A stretch of 64,000 nucleotides of DNA from Blastocladiella emersonii ATCC 22665 (taxonomy: Eukaryota > Fungi > Blastocladiomycota), in NCBI GenBank assembly GCA_025594325.1, contig JANHCV010000003.1, positions 186,001 to 250,000 of the forward strand, written 5' to 3'. Every line of letters begins with the position of its first letter. The first letter of the stretch is position 1. Shown in pieces: positions 1 through 12,355 of the stretch. The notes under the pieces are model-generated. The model saw only the letters and a program-made list of their open reading frames with translations. It was not told the DNA's origin and ran no database searches. The position numbers and the translations under genes were made by a program.

Positions 1-49
1 GCACGATCCTGACTCGCTTCGTAGCTCACGCCCCAACGTGTCTGTGTAG

Positions 50-334
50 TTTGCTCCCGTGGTCCAGTCGTACGTGCAGGGGTCGGCGGCGCCCATCGTG
101 GATGTCGACATGTTCCGCCGCAGCTACTTCCACTCGCTGGTTGCGAGCATCGAGCGTCGCCGGGCCGCTCACCCGTTTGTCCGCATGATTACGGAGGAGG
201 TCGTGCGCCGGTCGTTCACCAAGTCCACCGCCGCTGCCGCTGCCGCTGCGACCGCAGCCTCGGCGGCGGGTGCCCGAGGCGCGAGTCCGTACGGAGTCGC
301 GCTGGATAGCGACGACGACGACGACGACGCGTAG
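50..334 (+). CDS. Last exon of an unidentified gene entering from outside the window
   Basis: Follows an acceptor ...GTGTAG (ends at 49). Open frame FAPVVQSYVQG...DSDDDDDDA* with GC3-rich codons and a poly-Ala/acidic tail. No recognisable domain. Confidence 0.45.
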   Translation, partial: FAPVVQSYVQGSAAPIVDVDMFRRSYFHSLVASIERRRAAHPFVRMITEEVVRRSFTKSTAAAAAAATAASAAGARGASPYGVALDSDDDDDDA

Positions 335-350
335 ATTTGATGCACAATAC

Positions 351-640
351 AGATCTGTTTCTCACTCATCGAACTCTCCCGTTGTGTGCTGAGATCTCTC
401 GCTTGGCGAAGATCGCTTGAAAATCTCACAGGTCTCCTCAGCGGCGGGGAATCTACGTTCGTTGCGAAGATCTATCGGCCCTGACGGAGTCGAGCTCGGC
501 TGGACGGGAGGGATAGATCTATGGTGAGATCTATAGAAAACATAGGTTTGCAGTGGATTTCTACGTAGATCTTCCCCAGCTATTATGGCCCCCAAAACCC
601 TAAGATCTATGAAAGATCTAGCTAGATCTCTTTGAGATCT
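351..640. repeat. Array of 10 AGATCT palindromic hexamers
   Basis: AGATCT starts at 351, 392, 468, 515, 527, 567, 603, 614, 624 and 635. Confidence 0.9.
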
Positions 641-1489
641 TGACTCCCAATTTCCCGATGGTGATCCTCTACCCCCTGCTCACGTCGCCATCCAGGAAGC
701 CTGATGAGATGCATTGCGCAATCGGAAAGCGTGAATTTGTCGAGATCAGGCACGGTAATCACACAGGGCAATCGCTCGGCGTCCATGCGTGCGCACCACG
801 CCATGCCGCGACCTTGCTCGTGATGCTGCCCTGATGGCCAGCCTTTTCATGCCTGGAGATTTCCCGCATCCATGTCGTCTGATCTCGTCTGCTGCGAGGC
901 ACGCGCACGCTCTCCTCGCAAACGGCGCCAGAAGGCAACCCTCGGCGCCGCCACACAACTCTGCGATGGCGCAACGCGTCGTGCGGCGCGACGGGCCGCG
1001 TTTCAGAGCGCGAGCATGGGCGCCCACATGCACCTTGGCGACATTGCGATGGTGTCATGCCATTTCAATACTTGCACGCCAGCCGACGCCAGTTTACGCC
1101 AGTTTCGCCAGCTGGCGTAGTTGGTGAGGCCTTGGCTGAGCCGCCGCGTGCCGAACCGATCATCCTGAAAGCTTGAATTTGAGAGCGAACGACTTTCAGC
1201 ACACGATCTTTGACATTCTCACGAGAATCACGCCATGTGCCCATGAGGGCGAACTCGTCAACGCCCTGCGATCACTCTTTACCAACGCCTGGTCGCGTGG
1301 CCCAGATCACGGCCCGATCACAGCAGCGGATCGCGTAATGTTCCGACTTGCACGCGCTGTACATCCGGCCGTCAGTGGACTATAAAGAGCTCGCGTTCCC
1401 TCCCCTGAACCGACTTGAAAGGAGATTCGAACCAAGTTCACCGTCCGCCCTTCGAGACCTAGACTAGACGCTGCTGCTACACCCCGACC

Positions 1490-4400
1490 ATGACCCGCGC
1501 CAACGAAAAGGCCGCCGAGAACGGCGAGGCCCCGACCAAGAAGGACTCGTTTGTCATCGACGAGGACTTTACTCGCATCGTCAACGAGCTGGCTCCGACC
1601 ACCGACGTACGGCTACACTTCGTGTCCGCCGCCGCAGGCCGCAGTCGGCACAATCCGCGGTCGACAAACTCCGTGGTCGCTCACACACCTCGGCGGCTCG
1701 ATTCTAGGATATCCAACTCCCCTCCCTCACCTTCCGCGACTGGTTCCTCGGCACCATCTTCCTCATCCTGCTCGGCGCCGTCAACACGCTCATGTCGTTC
1801 CGCACCAACGCCTTCGGAATCAGCTCGTACTTCGCTGTCCTGCTCGGCTACCCTCTCGGCAAGGCGATGCACGCATTCCTGCCCTCGTACCGCGTCAACC
1901 TGTTCGGCCTCTAGATCGACACGAATCCCGGCCCGTTCACCGTCAAGGAACACGTCCTGATCACTATCTTCGCATCGACGGGTGCGGGCGGCATCTACGG
2001 CATCGAGAGTACGTGACTTGTCGCTCGAATTTATGGGTTCTCCAGACTCGAAACTCACTCACGAGCGTCATCGTTCCTTCACAGACATCATCGTGCAGAA
2101 GGTCTTCTACAAGCTCGACATTGGTCCCCTCAGCTCGATCCTGGTACGGTGTGACTCGCTGCTTCGCATGCTGGGGCGCGACTGACTCGATGGCCACGAT
2201 CCAACCACAGTTTCTCCTCTCGACCAGCGTTCTCGGCTTCGGTATTGCCAACCTCTGCCGTCGTTTCCTCGTTCGCCCTGCCCACATGATCTGGTACGCT
2301 CTTACCTCGGACTAAGATGGTTGTGGGCGCTCTACTTACCGCTTTCGGGCGTACGAAGGCCGTCCGTTCTCCCTTCGGTCGCCCTGTTTTCAGCGTTCCA
2401 CGCGTCGGGCAAGGACACGGCCGACAACGACGAGTCGTCGCCGCCTCGTTTCTCGCGCCTGCAGGTGTTCGGGCTCAGCATCGGCGCCCTGGCCATCTGG
2501 CAGCTCCTGCCCGGGTTCGCAGCCAACATGCTGCAGTACATTCCGCTGCTCTGCTTCGTCGCGCCCGCCTCGGCCACCGACCTCCAGAAACTCGGCTCGC
2601 CGCGCTGGGGCGTGGGCATCCTGTCGCTCTCGCTCGACTGGTCGGTGATCGGCGGGTCCAACATGGCGATTCCGTGGTGGACGGCGTGCAACCTGTTTGC
2701 CAGCTACGTCATCTTCTCGTGGATCGCGGTCCCGCTCGCGTGGAAGAACAAGTGGTTCAACGAGCCTGGTACGTTGCTTTTTGACGCGAAATTTTCGATG
2801 CGACTCGCACCACGGGATCGATAGCTGACCACAAATCCACTTCGTAACGTAGTGACCAAGTTGCGACTCAATACGTCGGCCCTCATGGACAAGAACGGCA
2901 AGCGTGTCTCGGTCCGCGGGGTCGTTGACGAGACCAACACGCTGATCGAGTCGTAGTACAACAAGGTCAAGCCCTTCTACCTCTCGCCGCTCTTCGCCAT
3001 CTCCTACGTACGTCGGTTTTGCCCGTGACCTGCCCCGCCTCGCCCTCGAGCTGCTCGCTAACTCGGATCTCTCGCCCGTTTCCACCAGTTTGGCACCATG
3101 GCCACCTTCACGTCGTCCATTTCGCAGATGATCGTGTTCCACGGCAAGGACATTGTCCGCCGCTTCCGGTCGGCCAAGCAGGACTCGGACAACGACGACA
3201 TCCACTGCCAGCTCATGGACAAGTACCCCGAGACGCCCGAGTGGTGGTACTCGTTCTGTTTCGTCTTCACGGCCATTGTCGCGACCATCGTGTGCCACGC
3301 TTCGGGTATCGACATGCCGTGGGGGTACACGCTGCTCGCCATGCTGGTCTCCATCGTCGGCACCATCCCCATCGCGTACGTTGCTTTTCGCGTGTCTCAC
3401 TCGCCGCCAAGTGCAAGACCACTCACGCACCTCATCCCGAACCTAGTCTCGTCTACGCGCTCGCTGGTATCGGGTTCGGTCTCAACGTGGTCAGTGAGTA
3501 CGTTACGTTTTCGCCTCGCTCGATCGTTTCGATCGCTCGTCCTGACCGACTCTCCATTGCGCGCGCACGATAGGTTCGTCATTGGCCTGCTCCTCCCCGG
3601 CAAGCCCGTCGTCATGATGGCCTTCAAGTGCCTCGGTGTCACCGTGTGCTCGCAGTGCCTCACGCTCCTCTCGGACTTGAAACTTGGCCACTACATGAAG
3701 ATCAACCCCCGCCACATGTTCGTCGCGCAGCTGTGGTCTCAGGTTATCGCCGTTTTCGTCGTCTACTTCACGACTGAATACTGGATCAACAACCCAACGC
3801 ACGTCGAGTGGATCCTCGACAACGGCGAGTCGGCAGGACCGGGCGCCCCGTGGGGAGCGTACGTTCTCGCTCACTGGCTTCTTCCTCGCTGTCTCCGATC
3901 ATTCTCTGACACCCGCGCGCTTCGCAACAGCAACGGCCACAACGTGTACTTTAACGCCTCAATCATCGTACGTGACACTCGGCTGCATCCTGCAAGACCG
4001 TCGCTCACCTTTCGCTTGCCCGATGCTACGTAGTGGGGCGCGATCGGTCCGCTTCGCTTCTTCTTCGAGTCCGTGTACTCGCCCATCATCGTCGGCGGCC
4101 TGGTCATCGGCGCCGTGTTCCCAATCATTCTCAAGCTGGCCCAGATCTTCATCGGCGGCCGAATCCCGTGGAAGCTGATTCATCCGGTTCTGCTCTTCAC
4201 GGTCGGCGGTCCTGGTTCGGTACAATTCCCTCGCTTGATGCTCGCGCTCACGACGCGGCCGCTGACACCCACATGCAAACTCAGAACCAAGCCAGCATCC
4301 TCTCCGGCTTCATCGTTTCGTTCATCTGTACGTTTCGGCAGCTACCAGCCGATGCGATCGGATCACTCGCTGAATTTCCGCATTGCACACCGTAGTCCAA

Positions 4401-4694
4401 TTCTGGATCTACCGCTACCACACTGGCTGGTGGAAAAAGTACAACTACGTGATTGCCAGCGGTGCGGATGTCGGCGCTGCGATCACCACGCTGATCATCA
4501 CAGGCCTCGTCGACAACGGACTCACCTTCCCCGAGTGGTTCCTCAACGCGGCCGAGGGTACCGAGAATCCGGCGTTTGGTACCATTCAAGATTGGTGCCA
4601 GTTCTGCTTCGGAGGTGATGCTCTTATTGGAGTTTATGCATGGGTTTGTGAAATACATTGCATTTGTTCAATTGAAACATGGTCATTCATTTAA
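1490..4694 (+). pseudogene. OPT-family oligopeptide transporter, multi-exon, with two in-frame TAG stops
   Basis: Spliced translation gives [82 protein letters not shown] and WWKKYNYV, all OPT hallmarks. TAG at 1912-1914 and 2954-2956 lies inside exons. Confidence 0.85.
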
Positions 4695-7126
4695 TGCGAA
4701 CAAGACATTCATCAAAGTTTCTTCCTGAATCAGTGCGTACTAGTTTAAGGGTACCATTGCCGCTCATGGTCACTGGAAAGCAAGCTATTGAGCCTGGTCC
4801 CGCGCGGCCGGTCCGCCCCTTCGTAACGGCCAGGGCTCGCAGTTCACAACCCCATCTTCGCATTAACTCGCAGGTCTGATTCAGGTCCGGCCGCGAGGCT
4901 CTTGCATTCATACGGTATATACGCGCTACTCGCAGAAGGAGGAGCGCGTTGCGCCACAGCGTGACCGAAAGCGGTGGCTGACAAAACGCCATCCCCGCCG
5001 CCGCGCAGCGCTCTCACCCCCGCGCACACGAAACTCATGGACTTGCAGATGAGAACCGGATCAAACGACCTACTGCAACATGTTCCACTCGGGTAACTTC
5101 CTCTGGCGTACGAAGAAGTGGAGCCGTTTCTGCCAGCCGGTGTGCCGCCTGCTCGCCATGTTCGGTGACGGCTGCAGTTGTTTGACCTTTCCACATGATA
5201 TTCTCGCGAGAAACTGGCAAATGCGCCATCATTATTCAAGCGAAAGCGCTTGGATTGATAGAGGGTGACGTTGTCTGCATGTGCGCTGCGCGGGTCGCGC
5301 GGGTACTAACTAGGCTCAAGTAAGTTGGAGGAGAAGCGTGGAGCGCGGGTGGAGCGGGCGGGGTTGCGGGTCTCTGGGCTGGTCCTGGAAATGGTGGCTG
5401 AGGCGTTGGTACAGGGTTCGAATCCGCTTCCGTAAGCGGAAGGTTCGAGTTGAATTTCCTCAATACGCCCTGTGCCCAGCCAACTTCGGTCATCCAGATC
5501 CCACCCGTCTGCTGAGAAGCTCGCGCGTGTCCCACACCTCCCCGGTTGTAAGATAATAGACATTAAACAGTTGATTTCCTCTTTTATCGTTGCTTTTGAT
5601 CGACCTTTTCTCTTTGCGGGGGATGCGCGAGTTGGCGTGGTCGCGGGAGACGGGAGACGCGTCGCGAAAACACGTGCGGCGTGCGAGACGCGTCGCGCCA
5701 CCTTTGGGGACACTCTTTCGCCGCACGCACGTCCAGTGCGCCGATCGGGTTCTTGAAGGCGAGAAACCTCCTGATCAGAGCCTTGCCCAAACACTACTCG
5801 GTGCTTGACGGTCGTCGCCTACCGACCTACCGACCTATTCAACGGCAGCGAGAGCACAAGGGGAAGGTCGGTCGGCTTTGGGCGCGAGTCGCGGCTCAAC
5901 TAAGCATAGCTTGTTATCCGGTATCATCATGATCCAACTCGGCATCGGGATCAGGGCGTCACATCACGGATCGATGGATTGCGGGAGACAGCCATTAATC
6001 GATCGGGCGACGTGCGTGGCAGGTCCCGAGCGTGAGCGCCGACTGTTGCGAGGAAAGTGATCAAGCGAAAGCGATTGTCGTTCGTTCTCGCCTCCCCGCT
6101 CTCACGCCGCCATTATCAATCAATTGTCACACTCCATGCAACGCTTGTCTCGAGAGTAACTTGCTGCAGCTATGTGGGCCGATTTGTCGTGGGCCGTCAA
6201 GTCGGTCGGACGACTAGGCTGGGCCGGACCACGATCCCCGCCGCCGCCTCTGCCTCCGCCTCGGGCGTCTAGTCGCCCGCCTACCAGGTGTCTCAAGCGC
6301 AGCGCGCGTCATGTCAAGCTGGTGCAGCTTTGCCACCATGGACTGGGACCGGACAATCACATTTCCAGCAATAGGTGCGTTGAGCTCCAACTTCGACCTG
6401 CCCCTGGTGATGCTGTTCCTGTAGTGACCGGCTTTCCTGCGACTAATTCTGCATCGTCCCTTCCAAGGCAGACCGAAACTGTCCTTGCGCACGCCACAAA
6501 TCGCGCTTTTGCGAGATCGTATGCAGCTCCGCGCCCAAATCAAACTACGCCCGCAACTGGTCCTGCTATGTTCTCCAATGGTTCTCCTGCAGCCAATTCG
6601 ACATCTCTCACGTTTACGCGAACTACGCTGGCCTCTATGAAACCTCGCTCGCTTTTCACAATGGGGCTGGTCCAAGGCGCGGTTGGTGCTTTGACGAATG
6701 GGATCGCGCGGGCTCATCCCGATTCAAACTGGTTAGTGCAACGCCTCGGTCGTTAACATCTGTTTTCTCGGAAGTCTCATTTGCGTTCAAGCAATTTGGC
6801 CGCGTTTCCAACAATCTGGCACCTTGACCTCCAACGTCACTCCAGCCTGCAGCTAACCCTTGCAACGAGTCCTAGGATGTCATGATGGATACGCTGCAAT
6901 ATAACCCTGTATCTGCCGCCCTCCTCCCGTCAGCCGGTTTGTCGACGCGTCGCGCTACTCACGTGATCTGGTTGCGACGCGCTCAGGAGCCACTCTCAAC
7001 GGCCGTGCGTTTCGAGCGCGCTTCGTCGCCCGCACAAGAAGATCGCCACCTCACCGCACATCTTCCAAGCAGAGTCCCCTCCATTCACTCTAGCCACACA
7101 TCCCCACCACCACCACCTTCCTCTCG

Positions 7127-10048
7127 TCACCACGACGTTGGAAACGCGTTGGCGACCGCGCGGATCTTGTTCCCGGTCGGCCCGGGCGTGTTGGAGAGCT
7201 CGGTGAACAGCTGCTTGATCTGGACGAGCTCGCCCTTGCACCGCTGGCACTTGTCGAACCGCTCCTCGCGCGAAAAGTCGATCTCGCGCGCGCTCGCCAC
7301 GGGGAAAGCCGCGATCGTCTCGATGATCAGCGGCGTGAAGTGGTCCAGGATTACTTGGACTGCGGTGCATGCGGCTTCGACGTAGCTACGCAAAGGGGGA
7401 TATCGTTAGTCGTTGTTGCGGTCGCGAGTGAGCAGGGTTGAGGCGTACTCAGCGTACGGCTCAAACATGAGCTCCGCGACCCACGGGAGGACCGCGACAC
7501 ACACGTCGAGCGACCACCCCCTTGGCGCCGCCGCCGCGACCGCGCGCAGGACGTCGACCCAGACCGCGCGGCTCCGCGTCGCCGCGGCCGCCGCGACCGC
7601 CGACTTGAGGTTATCCGGGTTCCAGCTGCCCGCGAGCGCCGCGAGCACGCGCTGCCGCTGCGACAGCATCGCGACGGTGGTTGCGTGCGCCTGCGACATG
7701 GCGGCCGGGTCGACGGTGAAGGAGGCGAGCGGGATGCGCTGCGTCTGGCCGCGGTGGAACGCGGCGAGGTCGAGGCCGAGTGTCGCGGTGCCCGTTGGCG
7801 GGAGGAGCGGGGACGGCGTCGAGGTGCCGCTCGAGTTGAGGCGTTGCTGCGACAGCGAGTGTTTGATGGCGGCGACGGGGGTCGGATCGGCGATGGGAGC
7901 GGATTTCGAAGGAGGAAGTGGACGCGGTGGACTCGCGGCGGGAGCGGCGGCGGGCGCGCCGAGCTGCTGAGCTGGCCCGGGACCCGCGGGTTTCGACGTG
8001 CCCTGCGACGACGGCGTGAAGGCGCGCTCCATGAGCGATGCTACGCGCGGCACGAATCAGTCCTTGCACTGCTTCACTCCCGCCCAGTGAACACGTACTG
8101 CTGCTACTCGCGGCACCCGGCGCCTCCCACGCGGACATGGGCGACGACGCGGTATCGACCTTGGCCTGGGCCGCGACGGGCGTGACCTGGGTCGCGGCCG
8201 AGACGGCCTCGCGGCGGGTGGCCTCGAGGTACTGCTGCTGCTGGTGTGGCTCGGCGTGCGTCGCGACCGAGAGCGGCGGCTCGCTCGTTGGGTCGGGCGT
8301 GCGGCGCGGCGACGGGACCACCACGGCGGACGCAGCGGGTGCAGGTGTCCGGCGCACGGGCTGCGGCGTATGCGCGTCGCTCCCGTGGCTGTCCGCAAGC
8401 CCCACCTGCGCCGGCGGTTGCCGCGCTCCCGACGACGAGACGGGCCGCGAGATGGCCATCTGCTCGAACGCGTCGGTGAGCGACCCGGACACCGCGCCCG
8501 CGCGGAAACTCGACGACGCGGACCGCGGGACCCCACCCCCGCCGCCAGCACCGGTGCCACCCTGGCGCGGCGTGTACAGCGCAGGGTTGCTGAGGCTCGT
8601 TTCGCGGACAATGACGTTGGCCGCTGAGGCGGACGGCGTGAGGTTCCCGAGACTCCCGCCCGCGGCGCCGATGGTCGACGTGCTGCGCGACAGGGGCGCG
8701 CGCGGAGTGCCCTCGTGTGAGTTACCCGCGCGCGGGGTGCCCGAGGCGGCGAGCGGGGTGCCGTGGTCGAGCGTGTAGTCCGAGTCGTAGCGCGGGAGCG
8801 AGGGGACGGACGAGCTGTGGTGCGAGTGCCAAATGGGCGCGGGGGCGGGGGCAGCGGTAGAGGTGGGCGAGATGGGCGGGAGCGGGTTGAGGTTCGAGAG
8901 CGACGTCGCGGACCGGACGATCGGCGTCGTCGTGCTCGAGTGGTGATGGTACGCAGCAGCAGCAGCAGCCGGTGGCGCGACGGGCGCAAACGACTCGGGC
9001 ACGTCGATCAGCGCGACCTGGACGTACGTGTCCGAGAACCCGGCGGCAACGATCTGGCGGCCGCTCGGCAGCATGACGGCGTCCTGGTACATGACGCTGG
9101 CGGCGGGGATCGGCGCGCTCCACACGCGGCGCAGGGCCGGTTCCCACTCGGCGGCGACGAGCTCGTCGGGGCGCACGCTAAACGTGTGCGAGCCCGTGTG
9201 CGAGAAGACGAGGCGCGCCGCGTCCACGGACCCCGACCCGAGCGACCCCGACCCGAGCGACCCCGACGAGATGGGCGCCATGGTCTCCATGTCCCAGAGC
9301 GCCTGGGTCCCGTCGCGCGCGAGCGTTGCCATGACGAGTTCGCGCGGGTGGAACGCGATCTGCGCCGATGTTGAACCCGCGAACCGGTGCAGCAGGCGGC
9401 CCGTCGACAGGTCCCACACGTTGGCGGCGACGTTTGCGGCGGATGACGCGGTGATAAGCCATTTCCCGTCGGGGCTGAACTTCATGGTCGAGGTCGCGGC
9501 GCCCGACGGGTCGAGCAGGTTCAGGACCGATGCCTTGCGCTTGATGTCCCACACTTTCACCGACCCGTCGGCCGACGCGGACGCGAAAAAGTCGCCGAAC
9601 GGGTGGAACTCGACGGCGGCGACCTGGCTGCGGTGGCCGAGGAGGGTGCGGATCGCTACATTTTCAGGGGATGTGAGACTCAGTAGTCCCCGCAAACCGA
9701 ATCCACAGCGTACCCTTGGCCTGCTCGAGATCCCACAACTTGAGCGCACCGCTCGTCGCGCCCGCGACGACGAGCTGCTCGGCGGCGTCGATGGCGAGGC
9801 TCGAGACGGGCTGGGTGTGGCCGACGAGCGAGAGCAGCGAGTCGGGGCGGCCGATGGCCCACAGGTTGACGCGGCGGTCCTCGCCGCCCGTCACCAGCAG
9901 CGTGCCCTGGCGCGGGCCGACGCGCACGCATGTCACGGCGGCCGCGTGTGCGGCAAACTCGTCTATGGTTTTGGTTAGCGTCGTTGCATGGAACCCATGG
10001 GGTAAGGTGTGGGAAGAGCTTACATTGTCGGCAGGGCGAAGAATTCAT
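7127..10048 (-). CDS. KATNB1: Katanin p80 WD40 regulatory subunit (multi-exon)
   Basis: N-terminus EFAAHAAAVTC..LLVTGGEDRRVNLWAIG..SLVGHTQPV..LKLWDLEQAK/IRTLLGHRSQV..FHPFGDFFAS; low-complexity linker; con80-like C-terminus EIDFSREERFDKCQRC. First exon is 25 nt (10024-10048). Confidence 0.92.
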
Positions 10049-10271
10049 GGTTTGGGTGGGTGGGTGGGTGAAAGGGGAGAGCGGGGACGCGTCGCGACGC
10101 TTTTCACCCTGCCGTCCCTCCCTCACATCACACGCGTCAGGTCTCGGGCACAGCAAAACGATGGGGTTGGTTATATTATGGATGATGTTAAGATATACCT
10201 TTTTCTCCTTGTCAAGACGCACGAGACATGTGTACTGCAAAATGGAACAAAACCGCAGCACTACCCGCGGC

Positions 10272-11452
10272 TCAGGCGCACGCGGCGCGGATCTCGGCAA
10301 TGAGCGGGTCGTCGGCGGCCGCACGCGCCATACCGCCGCACCCGTTCGACGGCATGAGGTCGGTGTCGAGGCTGATCTCAAATTCGTCGAAATGGGCCGG
10401 GTCCTGGATCGCGGTGAGCGGCACGGGCGCGGCGCGCTCGCACGGGGTGAAGGTGGTGGCGACGGGTACGGCGGCTTCTGGCGGGAGCGACATGCGGCGG
10501 CGCGCGGCGGCCACGGGCTTGGTGAGCGCTGCGGTGGAGCCGCGTCGCGGGGCTGCAGCAGCGGGCGACGAGTAGGCGGCGACGGCGGCGCTGGCGGCAG
10601 CGACGAGGAGCTGGTCGAGGCTGCTCGGGTCCTTGGCGCGCTTCTCGGGCACCGCCGGCTCGCCGCCGTCCTCGCTGTCGCTGGCGTGGTCCGGGTCCGA
10701 GAAGAGGACGAGCTCCTGCAGGACCTTGCGCGGGACGAGCTGCAGCGGCGGGCGGGCGGGCGGGGCGAGGTCGAACAGCGGGTCCCAGTTCTCCTTATCT
10801 ACGCGGCCGCGGGTGAGTGATGGGTGACTTGAGGTGAGTGAGCGGCGAGCGACGTACCAGAACCGATCTCCTCGTCGTCCCCGTCCGCCAGCATGCTGAC
10901 GGGCGAGGACATTTCGACGTCGATGGTGGTGCGCTGGCGCTTGGCCTCGGTGGCGGCCGCGTCCGAGTCGGCGTCGCGCGCGAGGGACCGCTCTACAACC
11001 TCATGTCAGTGAACCGCCCACAGGAACCCACCCCATCAAAGAAACGTACTGCGGGAGATGAGCGGCGACGCGGGCGCGGTGGTGTTGCGCGAAGCGCACG
11101 GGGTGACGAGGCCCGTCGACTCCATGGTGCGGCGGAGCACCGTGACGGCGCCGAGCAGCGGCGTGTCGACGTCGCACGGGTCGGCGGCCGCGCGGCGCAT
11201 CGGTGTCTGCGGCACGGGGACCGACTTGGTGGTAGACGCCGCGGGCACGGGCTCGTCGGCGTCGTGTGTGTCGGAGACAGCTTCGAGGTGGATGCTGCCG
11301 CGGACGACGGCCGGGCGCGGGTGCGGGTTTCGTGGCAGCGTCATGGACCCGGGGATGGCGGTGCCCGTTGAACCCGAAGACGCCGAGTGCCAGCTGAAGC
11401 GGCGGCGCTGGCACGCCATGGCGGCGGGCGGCGTGGCGAGCATGGTGATCAT
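10272..11452 (-). CDS. Hypothetical low-complexity protein (about 3 exons)
   Basis: ORFs 11036-11452 and 10272-10652 are linked by GT-AG introns. GC3-biased codons; contains KENWDP and RRRMSLP; no clear domain; start uncertain. Confidence 0.55.
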
Positions 11453-12355
11453 GGCGCGGGTGCCGGCGAGGGTATCGGGCGTCCAGCGAGGGAGAGGGAG
11501 ATATCGCCCGCCGCCGGTTCAAGTAGGGGGCAGGAGGGAGGGGAGGGGGTATCGGAGCGCCGTCACGTTCACACTCACGTTCTCGGTCGGCGGGCCGATG
11601 GCGAGCGGGCGAGCCGGGGGCCGGGGACGGACGCGGGCACGGGAAGGGGGGCACGCGGACAAGGGCGTCAGGGGTCGACGGCGGCGGCGGCGGGGGCGGC
11701 GGCGGCGGTGCGGGTGGCGCGCGCGCGTGGGTATCGGATGTAGGGGGAAGTGAAGGGTGGAGCGAAAGAGCGAGTGTGCGCCGAGAGCGGAGGCGGCGAT
11801 AGGAGGCAAGCGGGCGAGCGGGCGGACGGCGAACTCTTGCATGCTGTGTGACGGGCCGGCTGCCCTCGCTGGGACTCATTGCTCAAGCTCGCTGGCCGCG
11901 TGGCCCGGGCGGCCGGGAAGTTTCCGGGACGCGGGCCAAAGGGGAAGGCGAGCGGCGCACACGGTGGCGCGACCCGCGCCGGCCATCGCTGCTGTGCCCG
12001 CCGTCCACTCACACGGCATGAAGTTTGCGATGTGCTTGCGTCGCGCGTTGCGTTGCGTTGCGTTGCGGTGAGTGGCTTGTGGCGATCATGGCAAGGAGTG
12101 GGGATTCCCACGGTCGGTGAGAAGGAGCAGCAAGGGCGTGATCGCGCGCGCGCCGCGGGGCCAGAACGCGTGGTCTGCAAGTCTCAGCTGAGCTCGCGTG
12201 ACGCGCGGGAGACACTTGGGCCCACGCGTTGCAGGCCCCTGCGCCACACTGCAGCCCTGCAGGTCGCTGCTGCCGCCACTTCGTCTCTCTCTCTCTCCTC
12301 CTGCACTCCTCCCCATCACCCCATCACTCGTCACTGGCTGGACCGGTTCCCTAAG

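Noticed and set aside
1420-1440. Minus-strand GGTTCGAATC tRNA-like motif
   Set aside because: No cloverleaf can be formed from the flanks.
1912-2956. TAG reassignment (alternative genetic code) to explain the OPT stops
   Set aside because: TAG is the genuine terminator of ACE, the M1 peptidase, SEC6, UTP15 and DUF2423 in this window, and none of the intact genes I traced has an internal TAG.
5395-5450. tRNA gene
   Set aside because: A B-box is present, but the T-stem does not pair and there is no acceptor stem or anticodon arm.
6172-6756. ORF as a protein-coding gene
   Set aside because: Lacks the GC3 bias of real genes here, and an alternative Leu-rich frame has several stops; unassignable.
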